A DNA stretch of 64,000 nucleotides from assembly GCA_900543395.1 (NCBI GenBank), contig UQQT01000007.1, positions 6,520-70,519 on the forward strand, read 5' to 3'. Below the pieces are notes generated by a model. It worked only from the letters and a program-made list of their open reading frames with translations, was not told where the DNA came from and searched no databases. Numbering within the stretch: position 1 is the stretch's first letter; each line of letters opens with the position of its first letter. Positions 46,694 through 56,352 of this stretch are shown one piece after another. The stretch is from an uncultured Oscillospiraceae bacterium. GTDB lineage: Bacteria; Bacillota; Clostridia; Oscillospirales; Acutalibacteraceae. The position numbers and the translations under genes are program-made.

Positions 46694-49600
46694 ATGCGTA
46701 ATGCAAGAAAAAAACTATTTAATATTATTTCATTGATTTTAACTTTTGTTTTGACTTTTTCGTGCTTTACGATTATTGCGCCGTTGTCGGCGTCGGCTGT
46801 CGACCCGACAATGCAGAATGTGAAGTTTTACGTTCCCGAGGTTATATACCTCGCGCCGAACGTTCAGTCATGGACTTCGGCAACGTCTACCCCGTTCCAG
46901 TTCTTTATTCAGAATGACACTTCGACAGGCAAACCGAAGTCAACGCAGGAATTGACGGGTACCGTATATTTTGAATATGCGAACGCAGCGAGCGCAAAGT
47001 TAAGCTATTTCTGGCTCGACGATATAACGTCCGATACAAAGTTATCCGGAGGTTCTATTTATATGGGTTCGGCGCTTTCCGCCGGAACACAGAAAACGCT
47101 CACTCTTTCTTCGGGTAAAGCGACAACGACTATCAGCGCGGAGAACAGCATATCCCCGTCTCTCGCGGCAAGTAAAACAGGATGCTATATACAGTGGGTG
47201 CTTACTTTTACCGATTCTGCGGATTCACAGACAAAAACCGCAATAGCCTACACTTATGTGTATAAACCGTATGTAATTCCGTACGGAACAACGTGCGAAA
47301 TGCTTAACAACCGAGGCACAAACTCCTACTGTAACGTTGTTTCATGGATTACCGGCGTACACTCAATGACCGGAACCTCCGATTACTATCCCAGATACGC
47401 AGTGTCCGACAGTGCAAAGGGAATGGCGGGATTTTTAAGCACGCAGAATACAGGCTATTCCGCAAGTACAAAGATAACCGGCACGAGGACTCAGCCGTCG
47501 GCTAATGTCAGTACATATGCCACCTCGCTTTATTCCGTATTTGCGTCTGAAACAAAAGCTCATGCATATTTTTACGCAAATCAGACAAATTCGGGCGTCA
47601 ACGACAATTCGCCGCTTGATTGGTTTACAAACGGCACAAGCGGAGCGTTTAACGTCAAATCATTCAGATATCAAAAGCAGGACGACGGATATAACTACGG
47701 AGACGGATATAACAGAATGAATACCGTATCACCCGTAGTCGGCACCGTAAACATAGATTCGAGCAGATATTCAAATTTAAGTCAGATACCGAATCTCGGA
47801 TTGGGAATGCTTGTAACGTCCGACAAAAATGCCGGCAAGGGCGGAGCCTGGATGGTTTCCGAATATACCGGAAGCACATATTTAAATGAAGAACGCGATA
47901 AACAGAGAAACAGTATATCCGAAATACAAAAACGCTGGACAGACGCGGAAAACAACGGAACCGTTATAGCCCGCCAGGGAAGCTATAACAGCATTCAAAA
48001 GGGTTTTCAATACGAAGGCATAAAATATGCCGGAGGACTTGTAAGCTCAATTCCGAATTCTACAACAACAAAAACATATACATATAAAACTCTGATGTTA
48101 AACTCCGACTCCGACTACTGTTTTAACTCATCAATAATCAGGGTTTCGGCAAACATTTATAACAAATCCAACCTGCGTACCGCCGTACAGAACGCGCAGA
48201 GTTATTTTGCACAGCTGGGTATAAACAGTTCGTCGTTTACAAGCTCATATTTCTACACTTCGGAGTCTAATTCCAAATGGACGGCTTTCGTCACCGCATA
48301 CAAAAACGCGTGCAAGGGATTGACCGTTCTCGATTCGACTGTTACGAATCCCGACACGCTTGCGACGAACCTTACAAACGCGCTCAACGCGTTGCAGACT
48401 AAGGTTATTCTCGACGCAAACGGCGGAACGATAAACGGTTCGTCAACCTCAAGCCATTGGTTTGTTATAGGTAAAAACGCCAATGCTTCCGTTAATCTAT
48501 CCTCGTATGTTCCGACCCGTTCGGGCTACGCATTCAACGGCTGGGCTTTGAGCAAGACCGTGCAGTCGGGTGCGGACTCGTTCACACTTGGACATAAGGA
48601 CACGCTTTACGCCGTATGGCAGGCAATCGGAACGACGTCGGATACTGCCGTCGTAGACTTTGCCTCTGCGGGATATTCGGATGTCTTATCAAACGACGCA
48701 TGCTCAAACGGCAGTATAATCGGCGTCTCAACGGCATCCCCTGCCGTACAGAACGGAAATACACTTCAGGAGACATACAACTCCTCAACGGCAAATTCCG
48801 CAGGTACGGTTTCGATAGAAAGTAATAAGCTTAAATTCACTCCGACAGCAGAATTTAAATCCGCACAGACGTATTACTACGCAGTAAAGCTTTGCTCGGG
48901 AAAATATACGTGCTACTCATATTCGAGCGTCACTTTTGTGCCTGCAAATAACATTCTGTTTGAGGAATCGGCGTTTACATTCGAAAACGGCACGGACGCG
49001 GTCTGGACGGACGTTACAGGCTCCGGCAATACCTACACCGGCAGCGGAAACAATTCCGACTACGGTTATTCGTCCGAATATGCAAACGACTCGACATATT
49101 CGCTCGGCAAAGCAAAATCGGTAACGGTTACAAAAACGCAGTTTGAGTCAGCGTCAAGCTCATACAAATGGCCGTCGGCAACATTCAGTTTCCGGGGAAC
49201 GGGCTTTGACCTTAACGCTATCGCGAAAAACACGGCGGGTCTTATGACAGTCGACCTGTACAGATATGGTGAATTAACTGCGATAAAGAAAATCGCGGTC
49301 AATACTTATTATGACGATTCGGCATACGGAACGCTTTACCAGTCCCCCGTCGCGTCATTAACGGGACTTGACTACGGTCATTATACGATAAAAGTCACGG
49401 TCGCATATCACCCGATGTTTGACAGAACTTATTTAACATCGACAAACGGCGCACTCCGCGCTCCCTCGCAGGGACAGACCGAGGGCAAGGGCAGTGCAAG
49501 CGGTCAGTATATCGGAGTTATCGACAGTATCAGAATTTACGACCCGGCGGGAACGAATCTCACATCCGGCACCGTTTACGAAACATATAAAAACGCGGGC

Positions 49601-50506
49601 GAACTTAATCCGACGTTCGCAAATCTCAAATCAATGCTTCTCACCTCAGAAGCAAACGACTTAATAATGAAGGGTGAAACGCAGACGGGTTCCGTCTATG
49701 TTGAGGGAAATGCTAACGTTTCTTCCGTTGCCGATTATAATAATTCAAGCGCAAACTGTGAAGTAATGCTCGCCCCCGGCGACGCGGCGGCGTTTAAGAT
49801 TAACAGCCCCTTCGCAAAAGTTCAGATCGGACTTCGTTCTGCGGACGGCAATACGGCGGTTGCAAAAATCGGAAACGATACATTTACGCTCCGCTCCGCT
49901 ACAGAAATGTTCTACACGGTAACGCCCGAAAACTCCATGATAGTAATTGCAAACGGTTCTTCTTCGGGTCTGGTTGCAGTCGGCAGGATAAAAATAATCC
50001 CCTCGTCCGAATCAAACTCCGTTTCCTATGCCGCTGTTACATCCGATATTGCTTTGATGTCATACGTTTCAAGAAGCCTCTCAAAAATAAAAGCATCCCC
50101 GGCTCCCTCGATTGACGGCGAATATACGTTTAACGTTTCATTCTCGTCTGACAATAAAAAAATTGATTCGGTTATAACGGTCAATTCGGACAAATTCACT
50201 TATTTGTCTGATGACAGCGGAAGCTGGACGGCATATCTTGATGTTTTGACAAACGATGAAATTATCAATAATGCGTTTAAATCATGCTCGGCAGATAAGG
50301 AGCTTAAACTCAACCGGAACAAAACCGTCAGACTTACGCTCGTTTACAAAAACGGAGAATGGAGTCCGCAGAGTATTGAAATTAAATGCGATAATATCAA
50401 GACGGACTCCGAGCAAACGCTTCTCGAAAAAATAACGGCATTCGTTTTAGGTATTTTTGATTTTATAATCAAAATAGTCAATATAATTTCAAAGATATTA
50501 AAATAA
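46694..50506 (+). CDS. Large secreted surface protein (1271 aa) with Listeria-Bacteroides repeat
   Basis: GGAGG SD 8 nt before the ATG at 46694. Signal peptide 'LILTFVLTFSCFTIIAPLSASA'. One Flg_new-like repeat 'VILDANGGTINGSS...YVPTRSGYAFNGWAL'. Ser/Thr/Asn-rich. C-terminal hydrophobic/amphipathic helix. Confidence 0.6.
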   Translation: MRNARKKLFNIISLILTFVLTFSCFTIIAPLSASAVDPTMQNVKFYVPEVIYLAPNVQSWTSATSTPFQFFIQNDTSTGKPKSTQELTGTVYFEYANAASAKLSYFWLDDITSDTKLSGGSIYMGSALSAGTQKTLTLSSGKATTTISAENSISPSLAASKTGCYIQWVLTFTDSADSQTKTAIAYTYVYKPYVIPYGTTCEMLNNRGTNSYCNVVSWITGVHSMTGTSDYYPRYAVSDSAKGMAGFLSTQNTGYSASTKITGTRTQPSANVSTYATSLYSVFASETKAHAYFYANQTNSGVNDNSPLDWFTNGTSGAFNVKSFRYQKQDDGYNYGDGYNRMNTVSPVVGTVNIDSSRYSNLSQIPNLGLGMLVTSDKNAGKGGAWMVSEYTGSTYLNEERDKQRNSISEIQKRWTDAENNGTVIARQGSYNSIQKGFQYEGIKYAGGLVSSIPNSTTTKTYTYKTLMLNSDSDYCFNSSIIRVSANIYNKSNLRTAVQNAQSYFAQLGINSSSFTSSYFYTSESNSKWTAFVTAYKNACKGLTVLDSTVTNPDTLATNLTNALNALQTKVILDANGGTINGSSTSSHWFVIGKNANASVNLSSYVPTRSGYAFNGWALSKTVQSGADSFTLGHKDTLYAVWQAIGTTSDTAVVDFASAGYSDVLSNDACSNGSIIGVSTASPAVQNGNTLQETYNSSTANSAGTVSIESNKLKFTPTAEFKSAQTYYYAVKLCSGKYTCYSYSSVTFVPANNILFEESAFTFENGTDAVWTDVTGSGNTYTGSGNNSDYGYSSEYANDSTYSLGKAKSVTVTKTQFESASSSYKWPSATFSFRGTGFDLNAIAKNTAGLMTVDLYRYGELTAIKKIAVNTYYDDSAYGTLYQSPVASLTGLDYGHYTIKVTVAYHPMFDRTYLTSTNGALRAPSQGQTEGKGSASGQYIGVIDSIRIYDPAGTNLTSGTVYETYKNAGELNPTFANLKSMLLTSEANDLIMKGETQTGSVYVEGNANVSSVADYNNSSANCEVMLAPGDAAAFKINSPFAKVQIGLRSADGNTAVAKIGNDTFTLRSATEMFYTVTPENSMIVIANGSSSGLVAVGRIKIIPSSESNSVSYAAVTSDIALMSYVSRSLSKIKASPAPSIDGEYTFNVSFSSDNKKIDSVITVNSDKFTYLSDDSGSWTAYLDVLTNDEIINNAFKSCSADKELKLNRNKTVRLTLVYKNGEWSPQSIEIKCDNIKTDSEQTLLEKITAFVLGIFDFIIKIVNIISKILK

Positions 50507-50531
50507 CAGCTTTACGAAAAGGTGATTTATT

Positions 50532-50762
50532 ATGAAAAAACATTATATAAAACCGACCGTTGAAGCTGTGGAATTTCAGCTCGGCGGGTCTGTAATTGCC
50601 GCGTGTCAGTACATCACAAACAATCAGATGTATCAGTGCGCGGTCGACATTCCTGGACTGGGCACGATTTTCACTCTCGAAAGCTCGTGCGATTATATCG
50701 GCGAAGAGGGCGACGTATGCAACTTCACTCCGCAGCCCGGATTTAACGTATACTGGTCGTAA
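50532..50762 (+). CDS. 76-aa 4-Cys small protein or peptide precursor candidate
   Basis: AAGGTGA SD. 'MKKHYIKPTVEAVEFQLGG|SVIAACQYITNNQMYQCAVDIPGLGTIFTLESSCDYIGEEGDVCNFTPQPGFNVYWS'. No signal peptide. Terminator follows. Confidence 0.5.
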   Translation: MKKHYIKPTVEAVEFQLGGSVIAACQYITNNQMYQCAVDIPGLGTIFTLESSCDYIGEEGDVCNFTPQPGFNVYWS

Positions 50763-50771
50763 AAAAGCAAA

Positions 50772-50806
50772 AACCGCAGTCATTAAACGGTGACTGCGAT
50801 TTTTTA
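50772..50806. terminator. Bidirectional terminator
   Basis: 'cgcagtcattaaacggtgactgcg' followed by T6. Confidence 0.6.
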
Positions 50807-50826
50807 TTGTTTTAAATATTTTAGTA

Positions 50827-51300
50827 TTAAACGGCGGGTATCTTGCACACATCAACCCAGCCCACGCTCTGCGAACACTCTTCGAGTTCGGGAATACTGA
50901 GTCCTATCGCACTTGAAGCCGTACCGCATGCCGGGTAAACCATATCATATTTTTTCAGACTCTCGTCAAGATAAACATCGACTCCGTCGTTTAACGCAAA
51001 CGGGCAGACTCCCCCGACCATATGACCGGTCTTAGGCTCAACCTCGTCGTGGGACAGCATTTTCGCCTTGCAGTGAAAAGTCGCTTTGTATTTTGCATTA
51101 TCGATTCTCGCGTCTCCGGCGGCAATTACAAGAATTGTTTTATCCCCCGTGTTAAACGAAAGCGATTTTGCAATCATTCCGGATTCGACTCCGAGTGCGT
51201 CCGCTGCTAAATCGACCGTCGCGCTCGAAACGTCGAATTCGATAACCCGCGAATCAAGCTCCCACTTCGAAAGATACTTTTTAACTTTTTCAATCGACAT
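50827..51300 (-). CDS. YbaK/ProX-type aminoacyl-tRNA deacylase domain protein
   Basis: 157 aa with 'GVESGMIAKSLSF...TGHMVGGVCPFAL', typical of YbaK/EbsC trans-editing domains. Confidence 0.7.
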   Translation of the reverse strand: MSIEKVKKYLSKWELDSRVIEFDVSSATVDLAADALGVESGMIAKSLSFNTGDKTILVIAAGDARIDNAKYKATFHCKAKMLSHDEVEPKTGHMVGGVCPFALNDGVDVYLDESLKKYDMVYPACGTASSAIGLSIPELEECSQSVGWVDVCKIPAV

Positions 51301-51447
51301 ATTTACACATCCGTATCATATCATTTATATATGTTATTTATATTAATGAGATTATATCATACCTTTAATTGTCAATTCAATACAAATAGATTGTGAGAAA
51401 TCACGAATTTTATGCTTTTTCACCCCGTTATTTGGCAACAATTAATG

Positions 51448-51475
51448 TTGAAAAGTAAAAAAAAAGTGCTATAAT
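51448..51475 (+). promoter_or_regulatory. Promoter TTGAAA-16-TATAAT for the V-ATPase operon
   Basis: TTGAAA at 51448-51453 and TATAAT at 51470-51475. Confidence 0.4.
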
Positions 51476-51514
51476 AACAGATTATAGAGAGTATGGATTT
51501 GAGGTGATTTACAA

Positions 51515-51835
51515 ATGAAAAGCACGCTTCAGGAAATACTTGAGGTCGAAATGAAAGCGCAGGAAAGAACAAAGGAAGCACTTTTGTACAAGCAGAACAC
51601 TATCGACGAAATAGCCGACATCCGAAAAAAATTAGCCGAGGAAAAATTACAGCAGGCCGAAATAAAAATCGACGAGCTGAAAAAGAAATCCGAAGCCGAC
51701 ACGGAAAAAGCTCTTTCTTCGTCAAAAAAGAACTGCGAGGAAACTATCGCGTCGCTCGAACTTAAATCAAAAAACAGCAGTGACGAATGGATTTCGCAGG
51801 TCGTCAAACGCGTTCTGGCGGGTGAAGAAAAATGA
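51515..51835 (+). CDS. V-type ATPase subunit G/H-like (peripheral stalk, coiled-coil)
   Basis: 106-aa Lys/Glu-rich helical protein, first gene of the operon. Confidence 0.55.
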   Translation: MKSTLQEILEVEMKAQERTKEALLYKQNTIDEIADIRKKLAEEKLQQAEIKIDELKKKSEADTEKALSSSKKNCEETIASLELKSKNSSDEWISQVVKRVLAGEEK

Positions 51836-52878
51836 ACACAGCTTTTTCTCAAAATTATATACTCGCAAAAGCGAGAGCCGTATGGGGCAAAAGGCTCACT
51901 GCGCAGAATTACAGCGATTTAATGTCGTTCCACTCCGTTCCCGAAGCCGCCGATTATTTGAAAAGCAAGACATATTACGCGCATATCTTCGAGGGCTTTA
52001 CATCGGGAATGATCCACAGAGGTCAGCTCGAGGGACTTCTTCATAAAGATCTATTCGACAAATATATGAAGTTCTGCAGTTTCGGCAAGGCTATCGGAAA
52101 TAACTTTTATGAATTCTATATTCTGAAAAACGATATTTCCCAGCTTCTGCAAATCATGACATACATGAATTCGGGTACGATGGAGAGTTATATTTACACT
52201 CTCCCCGTTTTCTACGACGAACATTCGAAGCTTGATTTGTATAAGCTCTCGACGGTCAGAACGCCCGAACAGCTTATATCCGCGCTTGACTCGACGCCTT
52301 ACGAAAAAACGGTTAAGAAAATATTTTCAAGGAAATATGCGTACAACTTCATAATTCCCGCGGAAATAGAATTCACAAACTTTTTAAGCGAGGAACTCGC
52401 AAAGCTTCTTAAGTTAAAAAAGAGCGAAACTGCAGAAAACGAAATCGTAAAGCTCTTCACGCTCGAAAGTGATATGAGATTTTTAAACGGCGTTTACCGT
52501 CTGATAACGTTTCCCGACGTTCCGAGAGAGTTTATTTTAAAGCTGACCGCCGCCGAGTATTCGCAGTTGAGCCGTCAGACAAGAATCGCTCTCGCCTCCG
52601 CACAGACAACGGACGAATTTATGAAAATCCTATCGGGTACGAAATACAGAAAGATATGCGATTACGCGCAGACCGCCGACTTTGACGACGCGTCAAAACG
52701 CTTCGAATACGAAATATTCGCAAAGCAGATACGATTCTCGACCGACCCGAACGTGGTAATGTATACGTTTCTGTACCTTACCGCAAACGAGATAAACAAC
52801 ATTATACATATTATAGAATGTATAAGATATTCGCTGCCGTCCGATACCGTACGGCCGATGTTAAACGGTATAAATTAA
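51832..52878 (+). CDS. V-type ATPase subunit C (V0 d)
   Basis: 348 aa. Size, position and an ATGA overlap with the subunit G gene are consistent with subunit C. Confidence 0.7.
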   Translation: MNTAFSQNYILAKARAVWGKRLTAQNYSDLMSFHSVPEAADYLKSKTYYAHIFEGFTSGMIHRGQLEGLLHKDLFDKYMKFCSFGKAIGNNFYEFYILKNDISQLLQIMTYMNSGTMESYIYTLPVFYDEHSKLDLYKLSTVRTPEQLISALDSTPYEKTVKKIFSRKYAYNFIIPAEIEFTNFLSEELAKLLKLKKSETAENEIVKLFTLESDMRFLNGVYRLITFPDVPREFILKLTAAEYSQLSRQTRIALASAQTTDEFMKILSGTKYRKICDYAQTADFDDASKRFEYEIFAKQIRFSTDPNVVMYTFLYLTANEINNIIHIIECIRYSLPSDTVRPMLNGIN

Positions 52879-52905
52879 TGCAGGCACTTAGGATGGTGAA
52901 TCGAA

Positions 52906-54900
52906 TTGGCAATTGAAAAAATGATGCTCCTGAGGGCAAGCGGAAGCTCCGACAGGCTCAATGATTTTATAATCAGACTTTTCGGTGCGGACGACTTCTG
53001 TCCCGAGGACGCATTGAGTTTCCTATCATCCTCGATGGGTTACGTTGCGTTAAACGAGGCAAGTCCCTTTGAATTTACGCTGCGCGATATTGAGGATACC
53101 GCGTCCGTCGCGGGAGCAACGCTCGACGAAAACAGTCTGTCAAACGTTCTCGGCACCGACAGAACGCCGGATAAAGATTATATGGCTCGGCTCAACGAGT
53201 ACACTAAAATGTCAGACAAGCTGATTACAAACGTTAACGATCTGCTCTCCGACATCAAAACGGATATTATCGCCCACAACGAAAACAGGAAAAAGACGGC
53301 GGCTTTGATAGACTCGCTAAAGTCAAAACAGGATAACTTAAGTCATTTTATGAAATTAGACGTCGACATAGACGAACTGCTCAGCGCGTCATACCTTACG
53401 GTAAGATTCGGCTCCCTGCCGAAGGACGCGTATAAACAGCTGAAAATTATAGAAGAGGACGGAAAGTTCATCTTCACCCCCTGTTCTTCGGACGATCACA
53501 CTATTTGGGGCGTTTACTGTACACCTAAAAAATACGAAAAGAAAGTCGACGAAATTTTCGCTTCTCTCTACTTCGAAAAACTGACGATCGATATGGACGA
53601 CGGAACGGTTGCCGAAATCATCAAAAAGAATGCAGACAAAATCGAGGAACTGTCCGAACAGCTCGACGTCGAGGACGGCATCATAAAGAGAACATGGGAC
53701 GAAAACAGCGAGACTATATTAAACACGTACTCACTGCTTCTCGACCTTCAGGAAATATATAAGTTAAGAAAGTATGCCGCTGTAAACGGCGAGAGCTTCT
53801 ACTATGTAGGCTGGATTCCGAAGTCGGAAGCAAAAAAGGACAAAACGGTATTCTCAGACCTTGACGGCGTGGAAATAACGTTCGAGCCGTACAATATTTC
53901 GGATAAAAAACACGCTCCGCCGACTAAGCTTAAAAATAATCCGCTCGTCCGTCCTTATGAATACTATGTAAAAATGTACGGCATGCCTCAATACGGCTCG
54001 GTCGACATTACGTCGTTCGTCGCGGTTACATATACGGTAATTTTCGGAATGATGTTCGGCGACCTCGGGCAGGGACTCGTGCTTCTGATAATCGGCGCGC
54101 TTATGTGGAAGCTCAAAAAAATGGAGCTCGGCAAGATACTTATTCCCTGCGGAATTTCATCAATGATTTTCGGACTGATATTCGGCTCGTTCTTCGGCTA
54201 TGAAGAAGCACTTGACCCGCTTTATCACGCAGTCGGACTTAAACATAAACCGCTGGCGGTTATGGAAAACATTACGACCGTTCTTATTTTTGCAATCGGT
54301 ATAGGCGTCGCGCTCGTTATCGCTTCAATGGTTATAAACGTAATCGTTAATCTTAAGGCGCATAAGTTCGGAGCCGCACTGTTTGACACGAACGGCGTTA
54401 CGGGAATTATATTCTATACGTGTCTTGTTAACTTTATTCTTGAATTCATGGCGAAGATAACGGTTATACCCAACAATATAGCTATTGTTCTGACAGCTGT
54501 CTGCGCGGTGATCCTTTATATGAAAGAAATTATTATAGGTCTTGTGGACAGAGCCCCGAACTGGAAGCCCGACAGCATGGGAGATTTTCTGATTCAGAAC
54601 GTATTTGAGCTTATAGAATACGTCCTCTCATATTTCAGCAACACTGTATCGTTCCTTCGAATCGGCGCGTTCGTACTCGTTCACGCAGGTATGATGATGG
54701 TCGTATTCGCGCTCGCTTCTGACGGTAAAAATATTCTTGTCGTAATTCTCGGCAACGTTCTCGTTATTGCGCTCGAGGGACTTCTCACGGGAATCCAGGC
54801 TCTGAGACTTGAATTTTATGAAATGTTCTCAAGATGCTTCGAGGGTAACGGAAAACCGTTCTTATCGGTTTCCTCAATCCTCAAAGAAAGTAAAAATTAA
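52906..54900 (+). CDS. V-type ATPase subunit I (a)
   Basis: 664 aa starting 'MAIEKMMLL', hydrophilic N-terminal half and multi-TM C-terminal half. Confidence 0.85.
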   Translation: MAIEKMMLLRASGSSDRLNDFIIRLFGADDFCPEDALSFLSSSMGYVALNEASPFEFTLRDIEDTASVAGATLDENSLSNVLGTDRTPDKDYMARLNEYTKMSDKLITNVNDLLSDIKTDIIAHNENRKKTAALIDSLKSKQDNLSHFMKLDVDIDELLSASYLTVRFGSLPKDAYKQLKIIEEDGKFIFTPCSSDDHTIWGVYCTPKKYEKKVDEIFASLYFEKLTIDMDDGTVAEIIKKNADKIEELSEQLDVEDGIIKRTWDENSETILNTYSLLLDLQEIYKLRKYAAVNGESFYYVGWIPKSEAKKDKTVFSDLDGVEITFEPYNISDKKHAPPTKLKNNPLVRPYEYYVKMYGMPQYGSVDITSFVAVTYTVIFGMMFGDLGQGLVLLIIGALMWKLKKMELGKILIPCGISSMIFGLIFGSFFGYEEALDPLYHAVGLKHKPLAVMENITTVLIFAIGIGVALVIASMVINVIVNLKAHKFGAALFDTNGVTGIIFYTCLVNFILEFMAKITVIPNNIAIVLTAVCAVILYMKEIIIGLVDRAPNWKPDSMGDFLIQNVFELIEYVLSYFSNTVSFLRIGAFVLVHAGMMMVVFALASDGKNILVVILGNVLVIALEGLLTGIQALRLEFYEMFSRCFEGNGKPFLSVSSILKESKN

Positions 54901-54924
54901 CAAATTAACCGGGAGGTTTTTATC

Positions 54925-55419
54925 ATGTCAACTTTTCTTTATGTAATTCTTTTCCTTGTACCCGCGGCGGGTCTCGCATTTATCGTTTACAAATCGGTTA
55001 AAAACAGAGCCGACGGAATGGACGGCAAAACGCTTGTAAGAAAAAATCTTTTCTCATTCGCTCTCGTTCTTGCCGTAACGGCGGCTATGGCGTTCTCTGT
55101 ATCGGCTGTCAACGATTCTTCTTCCGCATCCGGCACTTCGGAACCCGTAACTGCTTCGGATACCGCAGAAACCACGCAGACGGCTGAAAAAACCGACGGC
55201 GGACTTGCTAAGGCTATCGGACTTCTCTCCGCAGGTCTTGCAACGGGTCTTGCAGGCATAGGCGGCGGTATCGCCGTTGCGGCAGGCGCACCCGCGGCTA
55301 TCGCGGCTACGAGCGAGGATCCCAAATCGTTCGGTAAATCGCTTATATTCGTTGCTCTGGGTGAGTCAATCGCTCTTTACGGCGTTGTTATCTCGATACT
55401 CGTTCTTAATAAAATTTAA
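54925..55419 (+). CDS. V-type ATPase subunit K (c proteolipid) with atypical N-terminal extension
   Basis: C-terminal hairpin 'GLLSAGLATGLAGIGGGIAVAAGA...ALGESIALYGVVISILVL' with the essential Glu. Two unrelated TM helices and a Ser/Thr-rich linker precede it. Confidence 0.8.
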   Translation: MSTFLYVILFLVPAAGLAFIVYKSVKNRADGMDGKTLVRKNLFSFALVLAVTAAMAFSVSAVNDSSSASGTSEPVTASDTAETTQTAEKTDGGLAKAIGLLSAGLATGLAGIGGGIAVAAGAPAAIAATSEDPKSFGKSLIFVALGESIALYGVVISILVLNKI

Positions 55420-55431
55420 CGGAGACCGCGT

Positions 55432-55731
55432 ATGAAAATGTATCTTATCAGCGACAATATCGATACTCAAATCGGTATGAGACTCGCGGGAATAGACGGC
55501 GTTACGATTCACGAAACCGAAGAAGCTCAAACAAAGCTCGACGCTCTCATGCAGGATAAGAACATAGGCGTAATCCTCGTAACTCAGACGATTTACGCGC
55601 AGTGCGAGGAACACATTAACTTTCTTAAAAACAAGTATAAGCTTCCTCTCATTACCCGAATACCCGACAGACACGGTATGCAGGATAACGAGTACCTCAC
55701 GCGCTACGTACGTGAGGCAATAGGAATGTAA
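55432..55731 (+). CDS. V-type ATPase subunit F
   Basis: 99 aa, 'MKMYLISDNIDTQIGMRLAGIDGV'. Confidence 0.8.
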   Translation: MKMYLISDNIDTQIGMRLAGIDGVTIHETEEAQTKLDALMQDKNIGVILVTQTIYAQCEEHINFLKNKYKLPLITRIPDRHGMQDNEYLTRYVREAIGM

Positions 55732-55742
55732 GGAGGGATTAT

Positions 55743-56336
55743 ATGGACTCGAAAATATCAAAAACAGAAGCCTTCTTCAACGCAATCAACGAAGAATCGA
55801 TGAAAAACAGAGTCGATATCATCACCGAAGCGAACCGCATGAAAGCGCAGGCTACCGAAGAAGCGACAGCGCAGGCAAAAAAGCTTTACAACGAAAAAGT
55901 CGCTTCGGAGAAAGCAAAAATAAACAAAAAAGCCGGTACCGTTATTTCCGTAAAAGAAAAGGAATACAGGCTGAAAATTCTTGAAAAAAGAAACAGCATA
56001 ACGGATTCGGTATTTGAATCGGCGCAAAAGAAGCTTGAAGAATTCACTAAAAGCGCAGATTATGAGGAATATCTTAAAAAGAATCTTATCCATGTTTTAA
56101 GCGTATGCAAGGATAAGAGCGTTACCGTTTTCTTAAAACCCGACGATATGAAATACTCCGACGAATTAAAATCGAGCGTAAAAAACGAATGTGAATTCGT
56201 TTCGGACGACTCCATTAAGGTCGGAGGGATCAAGTGCAGATGCGATTCTCTCAATCTTATTATAGACGACACGATAAGCAGACGTCTTGACGAGCAGAGA
56301 GAATGGTTTTACGAAAATTCAGGCTTAAATATATAA
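55743..56336 (+). CDS. V-type ATPase subunit E
   Basis: 197-aa coiled-coil protein at the canonical position. Confidence 0.75.
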   Translation: MDSKISKTEAFFNAINEESMKNRVDIITEANRMKAQATEEATAQAKKLYNEKVASEKAKINKKAGTVISVKEKEYRLKILEKRNSITDSVFESAQKKLEEFTKSADYEEYLKKNLIHVLSVCKDKSVTVFLKPDDMKYSDELKSSVKNECEFVSDDSIKVGGIKCRCDSLNLIIDDTISRRLDEQREWFYENSGLNI

Positions 56337-56352
56337 GTATTCGGGTGAGAAA

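Noticed and set aside
50532-50590. Canonical double-glycine bacteriocin leader for the 76-aa peptide
   Set aside because: The GG is present, but positions -4, -8 and -12 (Q, A, P) do not match the LSxxELxxIxGG consensus. It is kept only as a weak possibility.
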